A stretch of DNA of 64,000 nucleotides, taken from positions 2,129-66,128 of the forward strand of contig CAZABB010000006.1 in NCBI GenBank assembly GCA_964483625.1. The letters are read 5' to 3'. The stretch is from an uncultured Planctomycetia bacterium (lineage in GTDB: Bacteria; Omnitrophota; Gorgyraeia; Duberdicusellales; 4484-171). Each line of letters begins with the position of its first letter. The stretch's first letter is position 1. Position numbers and translations under genes: made by a program. The notes under the pieces are model-generated. The model did not search any database. It had not been told where the DNA came from and worked only from the letters and a program-made list of their open reading frames with translations. Below are positions 57,217 through 64,000 of the stretch, one piece after another.

Positions 57217-58536
57217 TTAATAAGTATACATCGCATCGATTATCCCGGCCATAACAAAGTCATTCTCGGTAAGTCCGCCCGCGGCGTGAGTCGTAAGGAT
57301 AACGGTCAACTTATTGTAGCCAAACCGGACCGAAGGATGATGCCCTTCGGCTTTTGCCACTTCCGCGATCAGATGAGCGAAAAGCTGTACATCGCCGTAA
57401 TGTGAAAACGAAAATTGTTTTTTGATTTTGGTCGCCTTGATCGATTCCCAGCAGGAAAGTTCACCTAACCGTTCGGTAACGGCGCTTTCGGATAATGAAG
57501 AAATACCTCCTTCACAGACGACACAATGCCCTGCTTCCGGCGCATCCTGCGCCGGCGACGCGAGGATACTCTTTAATGCTTTCAGGATTTCCTCATAATC
57601 GGGGCTTTGCGTAAGCTCGGGTACGATCTGGATATACCGAATGACATCGTTTTTATCGACGATCACGACCGCCCGGGCAAGCAATTTCAATTCTTTAATG
57701 AGCAATCCGTAATTACTCCCGAACGAAAGCGACTGGTAATCGCTTAATGTAGTCACCTTATCGATACTGTTTGCCTGACAGAACCGCTTCTGAGCGAAAG
57801 GGAGATCACAGCTGATCCCGACGATCACAACGTCATCGGAAAATGTTGCTGCCTTTTTATTGAATTCCTTCACCTGCAGGTCACAGACCGGCGTATCCAG
57901 GGACGGGAAACTGGTCAGGATCTTTACCTTCCCGGCAAAGGCGCCCAATCCTGCGGGCTTTAAACCGGTATCGACCGCGCTGAAACTACTTGCTCTCCGG
58001 CCTAAAACCAGCGGCCGGCCGGCACAATGAAGCGATGCGCCGGAAAACGTCACCACCCCCGGTGCGTGGGCTCCCAGGGTAACCTCCCGCAGTCTCTGGC
58101 GTACCCGTTCGCGATGGTCTTTCGTCATCTTCTTCAAAGCACCCAGTAAGTCTTTAAGCTGATCGGCATCGTTTTCGATAACTTCAAAAAAGTCCTTTTC
58201 TAAAAAGGCGTCTTCGACCTCTAACGCCATCTCAAGCACATTCCGTTCGCTCACCGAAGCCTTTTGAACGCGAACGATAAGATCGTCGATCTTTTGAGCA
58301 AACGCCTCCACCGCCAACATGCTGAATCGTCCTGTATCGACCGCCACGTCTTTACTTTGAACTTTTTTATGGAAATCGGCAAGAACCCGGGCGTGGTCGA
58401 GTTCCTCATCAACCAGTTTGCGGAAGAAATCATCTAAAGCGGGCACTTTTTTGGCGCACCATGCATACAGCCGCCCGGCGGCCTCTTCATTCTGGATCAT
58501 GACCGTTAATTGCGCGAGATTTTCCTTTTCTGACAT
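57217..58536 (-). CDS. three-domain fusion: ferritin-like + Tpx-type thiol peroxidase + pterin-4a-carbinolamine dehydratase
   Basis: N-terminal ferritin-like (DEELDHARVL). Middle Tpx motifs (FPSLDTPVCDLQVKEFNKKAA...ISCDLPFAQKRFC). C-terminal PCD motif (VAKAEGHHPSVRFGYNKLTVILTTHA). Confidence 0.65.
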   Translation of the reverse strand: MSEKENLAQLTVMIQNEEAAGRLYAWCAKKVPALDDFFRKLVDEELDHARVLADFHKKVQSKDVAVDTGRFSMLAVEAFAQKIDDLIVRVQKASVSERNVLEMALEVEDAFLEKDFFEVIENDADQLKDLLGALKKMTKDHRERVRQRLREVTLGAHAPGVVTFSGASLHCAGRPLVLGRRASSFSAVDTGLKPAGLGAFAGKVKILTSFPSLDTPVCDLQVKEFNKKAATFSDDVVIVGISCDLPFAQKRFCQANSIDKVTTLSDYQSLSFGSNYGLLIKELKLLARAVVIVDKNDVIRYIQIVPELTQSPDYEEILKALKSILASPAQDAPEAGHCVVCEGGISSLSESAVTERLGELSCWESIKATKIKKQFSFSHYGDVQLFAHLIAEVAKAEGHHPSVRFGYNKLTVILTTHAAGGLTENDFVMAGIIDAMYTY

Positions 58537-58663
58537 AGCATATCCTCCTTTTATGGACTACCCTGTTTGCATCCCCTACTATACCGCATTATCCCTTTGG
58601 CTTCAACGCTTTTGATCATATTGACTTATCGGGGAGTTCTTCTACAATAAAAAATAAAAGCCT

Positions 58664-59539
58664 ATGCGGCTCATTACCCCCTTCGATCCCTGGCGCAACG
58701 AATTCTGCAGCTGTCCTCCCAAATACAGCCTCTCACCCTACACCGGCTGCGAGCACGGCTGTCTCTATTGTTACGCCTCATCCTACATTGTCCGTTTCGG
58801 CCGGGTACGATCCAAAAAAGATTGCATCTCCCGCCTGAAGAAAGAAATACAAAAGATACCGCCCGGGACTACCCTCACCGCGGCCAACTCATCCGATCCT
58901 TATCCTGTTCAGGAAAAAGAATCCGGACTTACCCGGCAGATGCTTGAGGTACTCCTGCGGCATGATATCGGATTGTTACTTGTTACCAAATCTTCGCTGG
59001 TCGAACGCGATCTGGATGTTCTCAAAAAATTTCGGCGGCTGGTTGTCGCCATCACGATCACCACCGCCGATTGCGAGATTGCCGGGAAACTCGAACCCAA
59101 CGCTCCCTCTCCCGAACAACGCCTTCATACGATAGCACGCCTCTCGCCTCACATACCGGTCATCTACCGGCTTGATCCGCTGATCTTCCCGCTCAATACA
59201 CCGGAGGTCCCGGTTCTCATAGACCGGATACGATCCGCTGGCGCCCGGCAGATTATCACCTCGACGTACAAAACAAAACCGGATAATTTCAAACGGATGT
59301 GTGCCGTCTTCAGGCGGCATAAAGAGCTCTGGGAAGACCTCTATATGAACAGGGGTGAGACGTTCGGGAACTACCGCTATCTGCCGCAAAATTTACGGAA
59401 AAAACTCATCCTGAACGTAAAAAAAGAGGCGGAAAGAGCCGGCCTTCGCTTTTCCTCCTGCCGCGAGGGATTCTCTCCTTACAATACCGCCTCATGTGAC
59501 GGCTCGCATTTTTTACAAAATGACACAGATGACCGCTGA
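58664..59539 (+). CDS. radical SAM protein (SplB/DNA-photolyase-like family)
   Basis: CxxxCxxC cluster GCEHGCLYCYA near the N-terminus. Confidence 0.6.
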   Translation: MRLITPFDPWRNEFCSCPPKYSLSPYTGCEHGCLYCYASSYIVRFGRVRSKKDCISRLKKEIQKIPPGTTLTAANSSDPYPVQEKESGLTRQMLEVLLRHDIGLLLVTKSSLVERDLDVLKKFRRLVVAITITTADCEIAGKLEPNAPSPEQRLHTIARLSPHIPVIYRLDPLIFPLNTPEVPVLIDRIRSAGARQIITSTYKTKPDNFKRMCAVFRRHKELWEDLYMNRGETFGNYRYLPQNLRKKLILNVKKEAERAGLRFSSCREGFSPYNTASCDGSHFLQNDTDDR

Positions 59540-59667
59540 TTGGGAAACCGCAGATGAACACAGATATCTTCTCTGCGATCATCCGTGTTTCTTTTTATCT
59601 GTCCCGTCACCGCAATTTTGATGCAGGCGGGATCCCGCTCATACGGAATATTGAGGTGCGGGACGAT

Positions 59668-59843
59668 CATTTCCCTGCTTTCCGAAGGAAAAACATCATC
59701 GGGCACCAGTTGGTAAACGCCGATTGAAAAAGATTCAGGCCCACAAAGGCGGTAAAGAGATACCAGCGGGGATCGACCCAGTATCCCAGTGCCAAAGACC
59801 CCAGGATGAAAAACCCGGCAATTCCCCGTAATGTCCGTTCCAT
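59668..59843 (-). CDS. DUF2892 (YgaP-like) small membrane protein
   Basis: 58 aa MERTLRGIAGFFILGSLALGYWVDPRWYLFTAFVGLNLFQSAFTNWCPMMFFLRKAGK. GGAGG RBS 7 nt upstream. Missing from the ORF track. Confidence 0.5.
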
Positions 59844-59864
59844 ACTACTCTCCTCCTTATTAAA

Positions 59865-59966
59865 GTCACAAGGTCACATAGTCACAGGTCACACGTAAAA
59901 ACCGAAAACAGATATGTGCTTCTTAGGATCTGAAACGTGTGACTATGTGCCGTGTGACGTGTGACC
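59865..59966. repeat. GTCACA/TGTGAC long imperfect inverted repeat (locus B)
   Basis: AGTCACAAGGTCACATAGTCACAGGTCACACGT ...40 nt... ACGTGTGACTATGTGCCGTGTGACGTGTGACC. The right arm overlaps the OMP stop codon. Confidence 0.65.
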
Positions 59967-61292
59967 TTAAAAAATATATCTCGCCCGGGTATATACGTTC
60001 GTATTGCCTTCCATCTGGCCGAACTCGGTATAATCATCCTCACCGAAGAAGTAGTTGCCGCCGACGGTAAGCGTAAACCGGTCACCGAACTTCCGCGACA
60101 GGCTCATCCGGAAATACCCGTCTAAATCCGACGGGCTGAAATACACGAAATTATCCCAGGTAATCGTCTGGTTCCGGAACTGTTTTACGAGCGAAACCGT
60201 CAGAAGATGCCGGAACTCATCCTGTCTGAGATCCCCGGCAAGAAGATTCCTGCGGTAATCGTGGTAGGCGAGGATCCGTTCGCAGAAATACTGAAACCCC
60301 AGCGACAGGTCTCCGGCAAAATCACGGGAATATCCCGTCATCGCTTTAACCGAAGAATTCGGGATCAGCCGGTTGGTCCCCCCTTCATCGTCACGGGAAT
60401 CGTAATATCCCATCTCGATATTGCCGATCCCGTTTAGAACCGGGGCACGCAGACTTCCCCCGTAGACATTGAGCCGGGGATAGTAATACTCGGCATTGGC
60501 CGGATTCTTATACCCGAGGGGGCTTAAATAAAATCCCCGGTATCCATACACGGCCCATTCCAGAGAACCTTCCTGATGATAGAGCCGGACTGCGTACTGG
60601 ATGTTCTCGGCCTGGTGCGGCGGTTCTCGCCGGAAAAACTCGGAATCCCGCCCCGAATACTGCCGGCGTAAAACATCATAGAAGGATATCCGGTCTCCCG
60701 AAGGCATAACGTTCGGCTCAAAATAAGGGATCATCACCATATCCAGCCAGAATTTCTCTCCGAAATACGACGTTTTGACCGCCCAGGAAGGACTTTTAAG
60801 ATATTCGGTATCCCGGCCGGTAAAAAAAGAAACGTAATCTTTGGGAAATATATCGTTGATAAACAGGTAATCCCCGGTCCCCCACGTCAGTATCTGACGG
60901 CCGATTTTCACATCCCAGGCATCGAGGGGAGAAACGGTCAGGTTCACCTCCCGCAGGTCGAAATCGGTCTTACCCGAATAGTACCCATCGACGGTGAAAT
61001 CGCCTTTGAAGTTAAATACCGCGTTATAATCGTAGAGAATATCCGGTTTCTCCGGAAACGACCTCAGCTTCAACTGAAACCTGTTCTCCAGGACATTATA
61101 GTCGGGACGCTTGGTGTAATCGTCCCCGTGACGGTATCCGAACATTACCTCCTCGAACCCGTGGAAATTCTTTGCGATGCCCTTTAGCGAGCCAAGCATA
61201 TCCGCATATCCCGAAACCCCGACCATCATGACCGCCAGTCCCGCGAGAAGCCCCCTAAACCTCCACTTCCTACTTCTTCTGTATTTTTTCAC
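59967..61292 (-). CDS. outer-membrane beta-barrel protein (porin-like)
   Basis: GTG start at 61292 gives the signal peptide VKKYRRSRKWRFRGLLAGLAVMMVGVSGYA. Aromatic-rich alternating pattern and a C-terminal ...RARYIF (terminal Phe). The track's extra 15 N-terminal codons are translated TGTGAC repeats. Confidence 0.5.
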   Translation of the reverse strand: MKKYRRSRKWRFRGLLAGLAVMMVGVSGYADMLGSLKGIAKNFHGFEEVMFGYRHGDDYTKRPDYNVLENRFQLKLRSFPEKPDILYDYNAVFNFKGDFTVDGYYSGKTDFDLREVNLTVSPLDAWDVKIGRQILTWGTGDYLFINDIFPKDYVSFFTGRDTEYLKSPSWAVKTSYFGEKFWLDMVMIPYFEPNVMPSGDRISFYDVLRRQYSGRDSEFFRREPPHQAENIQYAVRLYHQEGSLEWAVYGYRGFYLSPLGYKNPANAEYYYPRLNVYGGSLRAPVLNGIGNIEMGYYDSRDDEGGTNRLIPNSSVKAMTGYSRDFAGDLSLGFQYFCERILAYHDYRRNLLAGDLRQDEFRHLLTVSLVKQFRNQTITWDNFVYFSPSDLDGYFRMSLSRKFGDRFTLTVGGNYFFGEDDYTEFGQMEGNTNVYTRARYIF

Positions 61293-61326
61293 GTGTGACC
61301 TTGTGTCGTGTGACGTGTGACTTTTC
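61290..61326. repeat. TGTGAC repeat half-element (locus C)
   Basis: CACGTGTGACCTTGTGTCGTGTGACGTGTGACTTTTCA. Shares the 3' end TGTGACTTTTCA with locus A. Confidence 0.6.
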
Positions 61327-62155
61327 ATTTGATCCATTCGCGCGGCGGCCGTCTGAGGTACCGTTCGGTAAAAATATCCTCGGCGATACCCAATTCGTAT
61401 TCGACTTCCTGAAATTCCATCACCGTGTGCGCTCCGGTCTCTGCGTCACGCATAACGCCTTTGGTGATGGTAGGCGTATCCTGGATAGTCTCGATTTCGA
61501 GCGCTTCAAAGACTTTATACAATTCATCGCGCTTATTATAATGCTCGACTTTCAGCGGCAGAACATATTCCTTGTCGACCCAGATAACCCGGTAGGAAAA
61601 TTCAACACCCGCGGTATCCTTCGGTACGGCCTTGATCTTCAACGCCTTGCGTTTATCTAAAAGACCTTCGCTTTCCAATACCATCTCTCCCATATACTCA
61701 TAGGTATCATCATCGAGATGGCGGCCGGAGACGTCTTCATAGGTAAAATCACTCCCGACAAACGAAGAACGCTTATCGTTCGCCGAAATCCGGCGCACCA
61801 GATCGATCGCAGGAAGATACAGCCACCGGTCATCGTCACGGTCGATATGCTTATTCACCAGAAATACCACACCCCGCACATCGGAGGGTTCGTAGAAATA
61901 GACATAATAAAACTGATCGCGGCTATCCGGCACGTTTTTGCGCAGGATCACAAAATCCCGCGTACGGGTCTGCCCCGTGCGGGAGACGATCTCCATCACC
62001 GCGCGCGAACGTCCGTCGGAGTTGGAATAATAATAATTGGTAAGCATCTCCTCGACCGTCGCCCGCGCATCAATATCGGCCGCGTACGAATTCACCGCAC
62101 ATTGAGTCCCCAGCAGCAGCACCGCCATGATAAAGAAAACGATCATCCCTTTCAT
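61325..62155 (-). CDS. outer-membrane lipoprotein-sorting (LolA-like) family protein
   Basis: Signal peptide MKGMIVFFIMAVLLLGTQCAVNSYA, with a fold family often paired with MMPL/HpnN-type exporters. Its start ATG overlaps the MMPL stop (ATGA). Confidence 0.55.
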   Translation of the reverse strand: MKGMIVFFIMAVLLLGTQCAVNSYAADIDARATVEEMLTNYYYSNSDGRSRAVMEIVSRTGQTRTRDFVILRKNVPDSRDQFYYVYFYEPSDVRGVVFLVNKHIDRDDDRWLYLPAIDLVRRISANDKRSSFVGSDFTYEDVSGRHLDDDTYEYMGEMVLESEGLLDKRKALKIKAVPKDTAGVEFSYRVIWVDKEYVLPLKVEHYNKRDELYKVFEALEIETIQDTPTITKGVMRDAETGAHTVMEFQEVEYELGIAEDIFTERYLRRPPREWIK

Positions 62156-64000
62156 ACTTTCCCTCCCTTTTCTCTGAACCCGGCTTTTCGTAATACTATT
62201 TTCAACAGACAGAACCCGGTAAACGCCGACTGGATCAATCCGATGCATAAAAGAAAGGCGATACTCAAAAACCAGCGGTGGACCAGATGCGCTCCCAGGA
62301 AACTTCCCAGAAGCAGTACACCCAGCGCAAGCTGAAACGCCCGCTCGAGCGACAGAAACCGTAACGGCGATTCAAACCATTTTTTCCCCAGTATCGAAAT
62401 CAGAACCGGGATCAGAATAAGGGTGCTGAGCCCGCTTAAAATGGTAATCGCCGACATAAACACCCCCACGGTCTTATAGGGCACAAGCGATGAAAGCATA
62501 AGCGGCAGAAAAGCGATACCGACAATGATCACAACCCGGGTAATGGCGCGGGCCGGTTCGGCAAATACATGCATCAGCGCCTGATTAAGATCGCGATCTT
62601 CGCGGTATTTCGTCCGGCACTGTTCAATAAAATGGATGGCAAAGTCGACCGAGAGCCCCAGGGTCAACGCCGAAAGGACCGCGACCGGCATATCGTAATC
62701 TTTCCCGATCAGGCCGATAAACCCGTAGATGCCCAGCACGGCGATCGTCATCGGGATCATTCCCAGAAACCCCAGCCGCAATGACCGGAACATAAGGCTG
62801 ATCAGCACAAAGACCACGATAAAACTTCCCATAAACGAATGGAACATTCCCTTAACCATCTTTTCCTGCCAGACCACATTAACATAAGTCAACCCCGCCC
62901 AGTTGTAGATGACGTTACCGGGAAGCGGGTGTTCATCGATATAGGAATCGACCCGTTCGATAACCGAAGTCATATCCACGTTATCGCCGCTTTTGAGCTG
63001 CAGCCAGATATTGGTCCGTTTATAGTCATAATCGATAAACTTAAACAGATCGTCGGGAGAACCCGAATTCTGGTATAAAAACAGGTATTGATTCGCCGCC
63101 TGGCGGGAGGCCGGCGGAGCAAAATACTGCGGATCTTCATCCCTGAGTTCATAAGAGATCTTTTTTACGATGTCGACGACCGATGAGGTTTTGCCCACCA
63201 CGGGAATATCGGCCAGATACCTCTGGAGATCGTCAATATAGGTAAGCATCTCGGGCTCGATCATGGCGTTTGTTTCTTCCGACTCAAATACCAGGTACGC
63301 CATATAGGTCCCGCCGAAATACTCATTCAAGATACTGTCGGCAACCCTGATCTTATGCTCGGGGGCAAACCATTTTACCGGATTGTCGTTTACCCGTATC
63401 TGGAATATGCCGAGCACGCTCACAAGCAGTACCAGGAGCGTCAAAACGAGGATCTTGCGGGCATGGCGAAGCGAAAACTCCCCGATCCGCTTTACGATCT
63501 CAGCAAACCGGTCGGTACCTTCCTGATGATGCTCCATCCCGAACTTCTCAAACGCTCTCTCGGGAAGAAGGACGATACAGGCAGGCAGAAGGAACAGGCT
63601 GAATATCCAGGCACAGATCACTCCGAACGCGGTAAAAAGACCGAATACCTGTACCGGAGGGATCGGAGTGGTGGCAAGCGAGGCAAATCCAGCCGATGTC
63701 GTAAGCGAAGTATAGAGAATCGGCGACCAGAGATCTTCCATCACATGCCGCAGGGCTTTCCGCTTATCGTGATGTTTGCGGTAGACATCGTGGAAGGCGC
63801 TTAAAATATGTGTGCCGTCACCGATGGTAATGGGGATAATGAATATGGGAATCATCGAACTCATGATATGGAGAGGAAATCCCAGTCCGATCAATAATCC
63901 CATGCTGTAGAGGATACTGACCAGCGGTACCGCCATCGCGATAAAGCTTAACGACCATTTTCGCAACGAAAGGTAGATCAGGAGGACGACCAGACACATC
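62152..64000 (-). CDS. MMPL/RND-superfamily exporter (partial, 5' end beyond window)
   Basis: More than 10 TM segments in two bundles separated by a periplasmic domain (RND/MMPL topology). The ORF is open at the window end. Confidence 0.7.
   Translation of the reverse strand, partial: MCLVVLLIYLSLRKWSLSFIAMAVPLVSILYSMGLLIGLGFPLHIMSSMIPIFIIPITIGDGTHILSAFHDVYRKHHDKRKALRHVMEDLWSPILYTSLTTSAGFASLATTPIPPVQVFGLFTAFGVICAWIFSLFLLPACIVLLPERAFEKFGMEHHQEGTDRFAEIVKRIGEFSLRHARKILVLTLLVLLVSVLGIFQIRVNDNPVKWFAPEHKIRVADSILNEYFGGTYMAYLVFESEETNAMIEPEMLTYIDDLQRYLADIPVVGKTSSVVDIVKKISYELRDEDPQYFAPPASRQAANQYLFLYQNSGSPDDLFKFIDYDYKRTNIWLQLKSGDNVDMTSVIERVDSYIDEHPLPGNVIYNWAGLTYVNVVWQEKMVKGMFHSFMGSFIVVFVLISLMFRSLRLGFLGMIPMTIAVLGIYGFIGLIGKDYDMPVAVLSALTLGLSVDFAIHFIEQCRTKYREDRDLNQALMHVFAEPARAITRVVIIVGIAFLPLMLSSLVPYKTVGVFMSAITILSGLSTLILIPVLISILGKKWFESPLRFLSLERAFQLALGVLLLGSFLGAHLVHRWFLSIAFLLCIGLIQSAFTGFCLLKIVLRKAGFREKGGKV

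Noticed and set aside
1-64000. rRNA, tRNA and tmRNA genes
   Set aside because: No stretch shows a tRNA cloverleaf (GTTCRANYC T-loop in context) or rRNA-like conserved blocks. The intergenic regions are short and are accounted for by promoters, terminators and repeats.

Overview
Host chromosome segment, about 50% GC, probably from an anaerobic diderm bacterium. The middle of the window is a roughly 34-kb AT-rich integrative island (about 10,621..44,574) inserted into comM/yifB. The comM C-terminal fragment (..GCPCGYFNSHHKPCHCS.., RIDIHIEL) lies at 10,141-10,629 and the N-terminal fragment (Walker A GPPGVGKT ... AAMNPCPC) at 44,566-45,624, both on the minus strand. A 566-aa large serine recombinase gene abuts the left junction and reads across it. 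Both junctions carry an imperfect 9-bp repeat in the comM CPC codons. Island cargo, left to right: an RHH regulator, a fused nuclease-like/N6-adenine methyltransferase and an HsdS with no HsdR (BcgI/type IIB-like). Then a MobC-like protein and a tyrosine integrase split by a frameshift in a short tandem repeat. Then transfer-module remnants (FtsK/HerA-like ATPase, DUF2958). Then a tight operon encoding a UBC/E2-like small protein, a membrane-anchored AAA ATPase, a DUF457-type membrane hydrolase and an intact Xer-like recombinase, with a 9-7-9 inverted-repeat core-site candidate directly downstream. Then a REC-domain protein plus APH-like kinase pair. Finally a nuclease cluster that I consider the best candidate for an undescribed defence system. 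It encodes an atypical McrB GTPase with an unknown roughly 270-aa N-domain and a roughly 175-aa PUA/EVE-like insertion inside the GTPase domain, a McrC, a NucS/DUF91-like PD-(D/E)xK nuclease, a beta-CASP metallo-beta-lactamase nuclease and a class I SAM methyltransferase. Host genes on the flanks are fabF (partial), panE, a PNP-family phosphorylase, an acyl-CoA ligase, a PadR regulator, accA, a LysM L,D-transpeptidase, a PAP2 protein and a response regulator on the left. On the right are a uvrD-like helicase, folE, mnmE, folC, purH, a G-domain-less YchF paralog, an EF-G paralog, two ferritin-like paralogs, a ferritin-like/Tpx/PCD three-domain fusion, a radical SAM SplB-like protein, a DUF2892 mini-protein, an OMP barrel, a LolA-like protein and an MMPL/RND exporter (partial). 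Non-coding features are a GTCACACG/CGTGTGAC inverted-repeat family at three loci, a GATTACGGTGAT operator-like array upstream of purH, an 18-bp perfect palindrome, two rho-independent terminators and consensus sigma70 promoters. I found no rRNA, tRNA or CRISPR array. Several real small genes (RHH, DUF2892, a partial fabF) are missing from the ORF track.
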